Notes under the pieces: generated by a model | Seen by the model: the letters and a program-made list of their open reading frames with translations, nothing else | What the model was told of the DNA's origin: nothing | Database searches by the model: none | Program-made: the position numbers and the translations under genes | Origin: a bacterium | Lineage (GTDB): Bacteria > SAR324 > XYD2-FULL-50-16 > G965216635 | Direction of reading: 5' to 3' | Assembly: GCA_965261475.1 (NCBI GenBank) | Contig: OZ253454.1 | Span: 543,813 to 607,812 of the forward strand | Length of the DNA stretch: 64,000 nucleotides | In this document: in pieces, positions 55,711 through 64,000 of the stretch | Position numbering within the stretch: position 1 is the stretch's first letter | How the letters are laid out: the number at the start of each line of letters is the position of its first letter

Positions 55711-56272
55711 AAAAAATAGCTACTTCTATATTTTGTTTTTTATTTTTATTATTTGTTATTAAAATTTTTGCTGCGACTAGTGTTATCACTAACGCTAATT
55801 GGAAAGATTTATTGCTTAAGGTTACGAATTTTCTTGTTCTTGTTAGTTTAATTTGGTTTTTTTTTGGTAAAAAAATTATTTTAGTATTAAAAAATGCAGT
55901 GCAAAGTGATTATGATATTTTTTTTACTGTTTTAAAAAAGAAGCAGGAATTAACGAACAAATTACAAGAATTATTAGTCAATATTGAGAAAGAAAAAATC
56001 AGGCATCAACAAGTAGAAACTGCTTATTTTCACGAGATAGATTTAGAGAAAGATCGAGTACAAAAAGAATCTGAAGCCTACTGTCAAAAATTAAATAAAA
56101 ATAACGCTATTGTTTTGAATCAAGAATATAAAGCAGCTAAGCAACTACTATGTAAAAAAATTTTTTATAAAGCTCTAGAAAAATTAGAACAAGATATTCG
56201 TAACAAAACTATATCTATTGCGCAAGAAAAATACCTAACCAATTTTGTTAATAAGGTTCAACAAATCAAAAG

Positions 56273-56276
<4 letters not shown>
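55707..56276 (+). CDS. atpF: F0F1 ATP synthase subunit b
   Basis: 189 aa. N-terminal TM and extended helix. Overlaps atpH (ATGA). In operon with atpHAGDC. Confidence 0.75.
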
Positions 56277-58332
<2,056 letters not shown>

Positions 58333-58336
58333 TGAT

Positions 58337-59212
58337 ATGACCAATCTCAAAGACATCCGCAAGAGAATTATTGCAATAAAAAATACGCAGAAAATTACCC
58401 GTGTAATGGCTATGATTTCTGCTGCTAAATTGTATAAAGCTAAGCGTAGTATTAGTAAAAGCAAACCGTATCATCTTGAGCTAAAAAATATTTTTTTAGC
58501 TTTATGTAAAACAGATACAGAGTTGTTAAAAAGTTTTTTTAGAGAGCCAGCTCAGCCCAAAGTCAAAACAGCAGTATTACTTTTATCATCGGATAGAGGA
58601 CTCTGTGGTGCTTTTAATTCTGCATTATGCAAAAAATTATCTGCGTTTTTAGATAAAAATCAAAATACAGATTTATTTGTAGTAGGTAAAAAAGGAAAAG
58701 AGTTTTTTAAATATCATAATAATCTTGTTATTGTAGAAGGATATTATCAAGAAAAGGAAATAGAATTAAAAAATATAGTTCCAAAAATAGCTCGAACACT
58801 AATGCAAAGCTTTCTACAAAAAAAATATGACGAAATTTATTTAGCTTTTAATTGTTTTGTTTCTTCTATTTATCAGGAGCCACAAATACAAAAATTTTTG
58901 CCTTTATTGTTGGATAGAGAAATTATTGGAGAGAAGTCTCAAGCAGCTCAGATGCAACAAGCTATTTTTGAGCCTTCTTTAAAAGCAATTAGTAATGAGT
59001 TATTGCCCGTGTATTTAGAAAATCTTTGTTACACTTGTCTTTTGGATAGTTTTGCTGGTGAGCACGCATCTCGCATGAGAATAATGGATGCTGCCACAAA
59101 TAATGCCAGGGATTTAATTACTAAATTGCAAATGCAGTATAATAGGGCAAGGCAAGCAAGTATAACTACAGAGCTTACAGAAATTATTTCTGGAGCAGAA
59201 TCTGTGTCATAG
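58337..59212 (+). CDS. atpG: F0F1 ATP synthase subunit gamma
   Basis: 291 aa. MTNLKDIRKRIIAIKNTQKITRVMAMISAAKL N-terminus and conserved C-terminal helix. Confidence 0.95.
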   Translation: MTNLKDIRKRIIAIKNTQKITRVMAMISAAKLYKAKRSISKSKPYHLELKNIFLALCKTDTELLKSFFREPAQPKVKTAVLLLSSDRGLCGAFNSALCKKLSAFLDKNQNTDLFVVGKKGKEFFKYHNNLVIVEGYYQEKEIELKNIVPKIARTLMQSFLQKKYDEIYLAFNCFVSSIYQEPQIQKFLPLLLDREIIGEKSQAAQMQQAIFEPSLKAISNELLPVYLENLCYTCLLDSFAGEHASRMRIMDAATNNARDLITKLQMQYNRARQASITTELTEIISGAESVS

Positions 59213-59257
59213 TATTGACATTTGTGTTAATAATTCGCAGATTGATAATAATCTTAA

Positions 59258-60667
<1,410 letters not shown>

Positions 60668-60680
60668 ATAAACTAGAACT

Positions 60681-61064
60681 ATGTTGAATATTGTACTTGT
60701 AACCCCGCAAAAGGAATTTTTATGCTCACCGTCTAGTGAAGTAATTATTCCTACCATCTCAGGAGAAATAGGAGTACTAGAAGGTCATGTTAACTTATTT
60801 GCTAATATAACCTCTGGGGTTTTAAAGCTCAAATCTAAAGAAAAAACCGATTGTTTTGCTATACATCACGGGTTTGCTTATATTAACAATGATACAGTGT
60901 CTATTGTAGTTAAACTTTGTGAACTTGCTCAAGAAATAGATAAAATTAGAGTTGAGGTTGCTGAAGGCAAAGCTATAAAAAATTTAAATCACCAAGATCA
61001 TAATAAGTGGGAGAATAAACTCAGACGCTCTTTAACTCGCAGGCAGCTTTTACAAAATTCTTAA
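60681..61064 (+). CDS. atpC: F0F1 ATP synthase subunit epsilon
   Basis: 127 aa. Beta-sandwich plus C-terminal helical hairpin. Operon position. Confidence 0.85.
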   Translation: MLNIVLVTPQKEFLCSPSSEVIIPTISGEIGVLEGHVNLFANITSGVLKLKSKEKTDCFAIHHGFAYINNDTVSIVVKLCELAQEIDKIRVEVAEGKAIKNLNHQDHNKWENKLRRSLTRRQLLQNS

Positions 61065-61085
61065 AAAATTTAATCTTTTTCTCTT

Positions 61086-61337
61086 ATGGCAGAGATTAGT
61101 CAAAGATATCAAGACAATGTAGCTGGAAAATTTTATGTAGATAAATCTTGCATAGATTGCGGTTTATGCTCTGAGATAGCTCCGAATAACTTTTGCCGTA
61201 GTAAACAGCAAGATCATGATGTTGTCTACAAACAACCAAGCACTAATCTAGAAGAGCAAGAATGCATACAAGCCTTTGATAATTGCCCTGTAGAAGCTAT
61301 TGGTCTAGACTCAAGACAACACAATATTCAACAGTAA
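61086..61337 (+). CDS. Small single-cluster [4Fe-4S]/[3Fe-4S] ferredoxin
   Basis: 83 aa. YVDKSCIDCGLCSEIAP...CPVEAI (Cx2Cx2C...CP) as in Bacillus-type Fdx. Confidence 0.75.
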   Translation: MAEISQRYQDNVAGKFYVDKSCIDCGLCSEIAPNNFCRSKQQDHDVVYKQPSTNLEEQECIQAFDNCPVEAIGLDSRQHNIQQ

Positions 61338-61617
61338 TTAACTAAGATTACGAATTATATTTTTATTATAATCCTTGATAATTCCGGGGTGCTCGCAAAT
61401 CCAAACCAAAGGCATTCATAGTAATATTGGTATATCAGTAAACAACAGGCAAGCTAATTGTATTTAGTAATTTTACAAGTTTTGTTTTTAGCTCTTAACA
61501 CTCAAACTATAAAAATTGATTTTATTTGTTTATTTAATGTAAAAAAGAATTATCTAGAGGCTCGTATTTGTTAAGCTATAAAATTAGTGTAAAATAGCTA
61601 TTGTTTCTTTTATATTT

Positions 61618-61638
61618 TAACTCAGTGATACTGAGTTA
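61618..61638. promoter_or_regulatory. Perfect 9-3-9 palindrome (operator-like) about 135 nt upstream of trkA
   Basis: TAACTCAGT-GAT-ACTGAGTTA. No adjacent U-run on either strand, so unlikely to be a terminator. Confidence 0.35.
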
Positions 61639-61773
61639 TTATCAGCAAAAAATAAAAGAAGTAGATTGATTATTTAAATTAGGTTACACAAAATATTTGA
61701 TAATGTTTTTGATAATTTTGTAAAATATCTCTTTTTTAGGTTATCTTCGTAAAAAATCAGGTTTAGTTTTTTA

Positions 61774-63126
61774 ATGAAAGTTGTAATATTAGGAGCTGGC
61801 GATGTAGGTTTGCATTTTATTCAATTTTGTGAACAAGAAAATATAGATTTTGCAGTCATTGATAGACAAAAACATCTATTAGAGCCTCTTTCTAAAAGAG
61901 GTATTTTAGTTTTTTGCGAGGATTTTCAAAATACTTCTTTTTTGAACAAGAAGTTTTTTAAAGATACAGAGCTTTTTTTTGCTGTAACAAATTCTGATGA
62001 GACAAATTTGATTGCTTGTAAATTAGCATCAGAGTTTGGAGTAGAGCATACTGTTTGTCGCAATCAGTATTTAGAGCTACGAGAAGCAAGGGAAAGTTTA
62101 GAAACAGAATATGGAAATTATCGCATTGTTAATCCTTCAAAATTATTAGCTAGAGAAATTGTTAGGAATATCCAAACCCCTAATTCTGTAGATCAATTTT
62201 TTTTTTTTGATAATTATCTGACTCTAATAGGTTTTAATGTTTTACCTTCTTGTTATTTACAAAATCAATCTCTTTGCTCTTTTGCAAAACAATTTCATAA
62301 AGAATCTATTGTACCTGTAGGAATTCAAAGAAAACAAGAATTTTATAATTTTAAATCAACCTTAGTACCTAAGGTAGGTGATGTAATTTATTTTTTTTGT
62401 TTTAAAAATAATATTAAAAAATTAAGAAAAATTTTAGGATACCACAGAGAAAGAAAACAAAATATAGTGATAGCTGGTGGTGGACAGAATTGTTATAATT
62501 TAATACACGCCTTAAATGATTCGAATTTTCGTTTGAATATTAAAGTGGTAGATGAAGATACTCAGCAATGCCAACATCTAGTAGAAAATTTTGATAACAT
62601 AATGGTGCTTAATTTTTCTATCTTAGATAAGCAATCCTTAGTAAGCGATGGAATAGAAGGGGCAGATATTTTTGTAGCAGCAGGTATGGACACTGCTAAA
62701 AACATTACATCGTGTTTTTTAGCTTCCGAATTATCTATCAAAAATCTTATTTGTTCTGTAGATTATTCTTTTTATCAAAATATATTCCATTATTTTGTTT
62801 TTAATAATATTCGTACAGTTTGTTCTCATTTATTAACAGCAAGATTTTTAAGTCATTTACTTTACTCTAAAAAAATTCTCAAATACTGTACTATTCAAAA
62901 TAGTTTAGTAGAATTTTTAGAATTATCAGTGGATTATCCTTTGCTACAAGGACATAAATTTACAGATTTTATTTTACCAAGTTCTGTTTCTATAATGGCT
63001 TTTTACAGGAAGAAAAAGGTTTTTTTACAAGTAATAAATTATAAATTCCAACTAGGAGATACTATTTTACTTTGTTTAGCAACAAAAGATAGGGAAGCAA
63101 CACTCAAACAATTAAAATTTAACTAA
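61774..63126 (+). CDS. trkA: Potassium uptake system NAD-binding protein TrkA
   Basis: 450 aa. Two Rossmann RCK_N repeats (VVILGAGDVG and IVIAGGGQN). Confidence 0.85.
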   Translation: MKVVILGAGDVGLHFIQFCEQENIDFAVIDRQKHLLEPLSKRGILVFCEDFQNTSFLNKKFFKDTELFFAVTNSDETNLIACKLASEFGVEHTVCRNQYLELREARESLETEYGNYRIVNPSKLLAREIVRNIQTPNSVDQFFFFDNYLTLIGFNVLPSCYLQNQSLCSFAKQFHKESIVPVGIQRKQEFYNFKSTLVPKVGDVIYFFCFKNNIKKLRKILGYHRERKQNIVIAGGGQNCYNLIHALNDSNFRLNIKVVDEDTQQCQHLVENFDNIMVLNFSILDKQSLVSDGIEGADIFVAAGMDTAKNITSCFLASELSIKNLICSVDYSFYQNIFHYFVFNNIRTVCSHLLTARFLSHLLYSKKILKYCTIQNSLVEFLELSVDYPLLQGHKFTDFILPSSVSIMAFYRKKKVFLQVINYKFQLGDTILLCLATKDREATLKQLKFN

Positions 63127-63136
63127 TAATTTGTTT

Positions 63137-64000
63137 ATGAGAAACTTTTTTAATCTCATTAAACCGCTAAGGTTATTATTGGTGTTATTATCAGGTGTAA
63201 TGATTGTTTCTTTATGTATTAGTCTATTTAAAGAATTCCCTTCTTTTTTGGTATTACGTGGGTTTGCTATTAGTATTACTTGTACTATTTTACTGAGCGG
63301 TATTTTATTTTTTATACCCCACTCACAAGATAGAATTAATTATTTTGACGGCTGTATTTTTGTTGTTATTTGCTGGTTATTAGTAACTTTGATTGGTAGT
63401 CTGTTTTATTTTTTTGCCTTACCTATTAGTTTTGTAGATGCTTTTTTTGAATCTATGAGTGGGTTTACTACTACAGGGGCAACTATTTTTAATAACATAG
63501 AAGAGTTACCAGCTGCTATTTTAGTGTGGAGGAGTATGACGCAGTGGCTTGGCGGTATGGGGATTATTGTGCTTGTAGTAGCAGTAATTCCTCATCTCAA
63601 TTTTACTAATACTAGTCTAAATATTTATCAAGCAGAATCTCCAGGACCATCGGCTACAAAACTAGAGCCTACTATTCAAGAGACAGCAAAATTTTTATGG
63701 GGATTTTATTTGGTTTTAACTATCATTCTTTTTATTATTCTACTTTTTACAAGAATGGATTGGTTTGATAGTTTTAATCATGCTCTAACAACAGTTTCTA
63801 CAGGGGGGTTTAGCACTAAAAATAATAGCATTGCCTATTTTAATAGTGTTTTGATAGAAGGAATTATAATATTTTTTATGCTGTTTTCTAGTATGAATTA
63901 TGCTCTACATTATAATTTTATTAGAACTAAATCTCTAAAAAGCTACAAAGATAGCGAATGTTTCTTTTTTTTTTCAGTAGTTCTGCTGGTAACAGCAATT
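63137..64000 (+). CDS. trkH: Potassium uptake transporter TrkH, N-terminal part (continues beyond the window)
   Basis: Open frame from ATG 63137 to the window end, not in the ORF track because it has no stop. ...ESMSGFTTTGATIF... and ...TVSTGGFSTKN... are TrkH/KtrB selectivity-filter-like motifs. Confidence 0.75.
   Translation, partial: MRNFFNLIKPLRLLLVLLSGVMIVSLCISLFKEFPSFLVLRGFAISITCTILLSGILFFIPHSQDRINYFDGCIFVVICWLLVTLIGSLFYFFALPISFVDAFFESMSGFTTTGATIFNNIEELPAAILVWRSMTQWLGGMGIIVLVVAVIPHLNFTNTSLNIYQAESPGPSATKLEPTIQETAKFLWGFYLVLTIILFIILLFTRMDWFDSFNHALTTVSTGGFSTKNNSIAYFNSVLIEGIIIFFMLFSSMNYALHYNFIRTKSLKSYKDSECFFFFSVVLLVTAI

Overview
The window is an AT-rich (about 30% GC by eye), densely packed chromosomal segment of a Gram-negative bacterium. 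Gram-negative status follows from LpxK, SurA/PpiD-type periplasmic chaperones, MltG and an LppC/LpoA-like protein. I called about 60 protein genes, 4 tRNAs (Gly-GCC, Cys-GCA, Leu-GAG, Leu-CAA) and a few regulatory hairpins. I found no rRNA, CRISPR, transposase, integrase or phage genes. Content is mostly housekeeping: secG, rpmB, rplJ-rplL, pgk, tpiA, upp, leuS, tyrS, lpxK, hisE-hisG, rsmD, murG, atpF'FHAGDC, trkAH, gor and fpr. Several accessory-looking modules stand out. (i) A compact urate-to-allantoate operon: NCS2 permease, OHCU decarboxylase, HIU hydrolase, haem-c membrane urate hydroxylase PuuD and PuuE allantoinase, followed by an omega-aminotransferase. (ii) A DNA-uptake-like trio on the minus strand: ComEC without the metallo-beta-lactamase domain, a PilB/GspE-family ATPase, and a periplasmic LigE-type minimal ATP-dependent DNA ligase. 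(iii) An animal-like betaine-homocysteine methyltransferase gene sitting between pgk and tpiA, with deviant Arg codon usage and a strong Shine-Dalgarno (SD) sequence, a likely horizontal acquisition. (iv) A spore-photoproduct-lyase-like radical-SAM gene tightly coupled to a sigma-54 enhancer-binding protein whose receiver domain is degenerate. (v) An rplJL pair separated from rplKA and rpoBC, and an ATP synthase operon with two b-type subunits and no atpB/atpE. Most native genes lack recognisable SD sequences. Taxonomic signals are mixed: L28, L7/L12 and PuuE are gamma/beta-proteobacterium-like, while the atpF'FHAGDC architecture is typical of Campylobacterota and delta-like lineages. I therefore leave the organism unassigned. 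I saw no clear-cut novel defence or mobile system. The most interesting candidates are the ligE-pilB-comEC linkage and the SPL-EBP pair.
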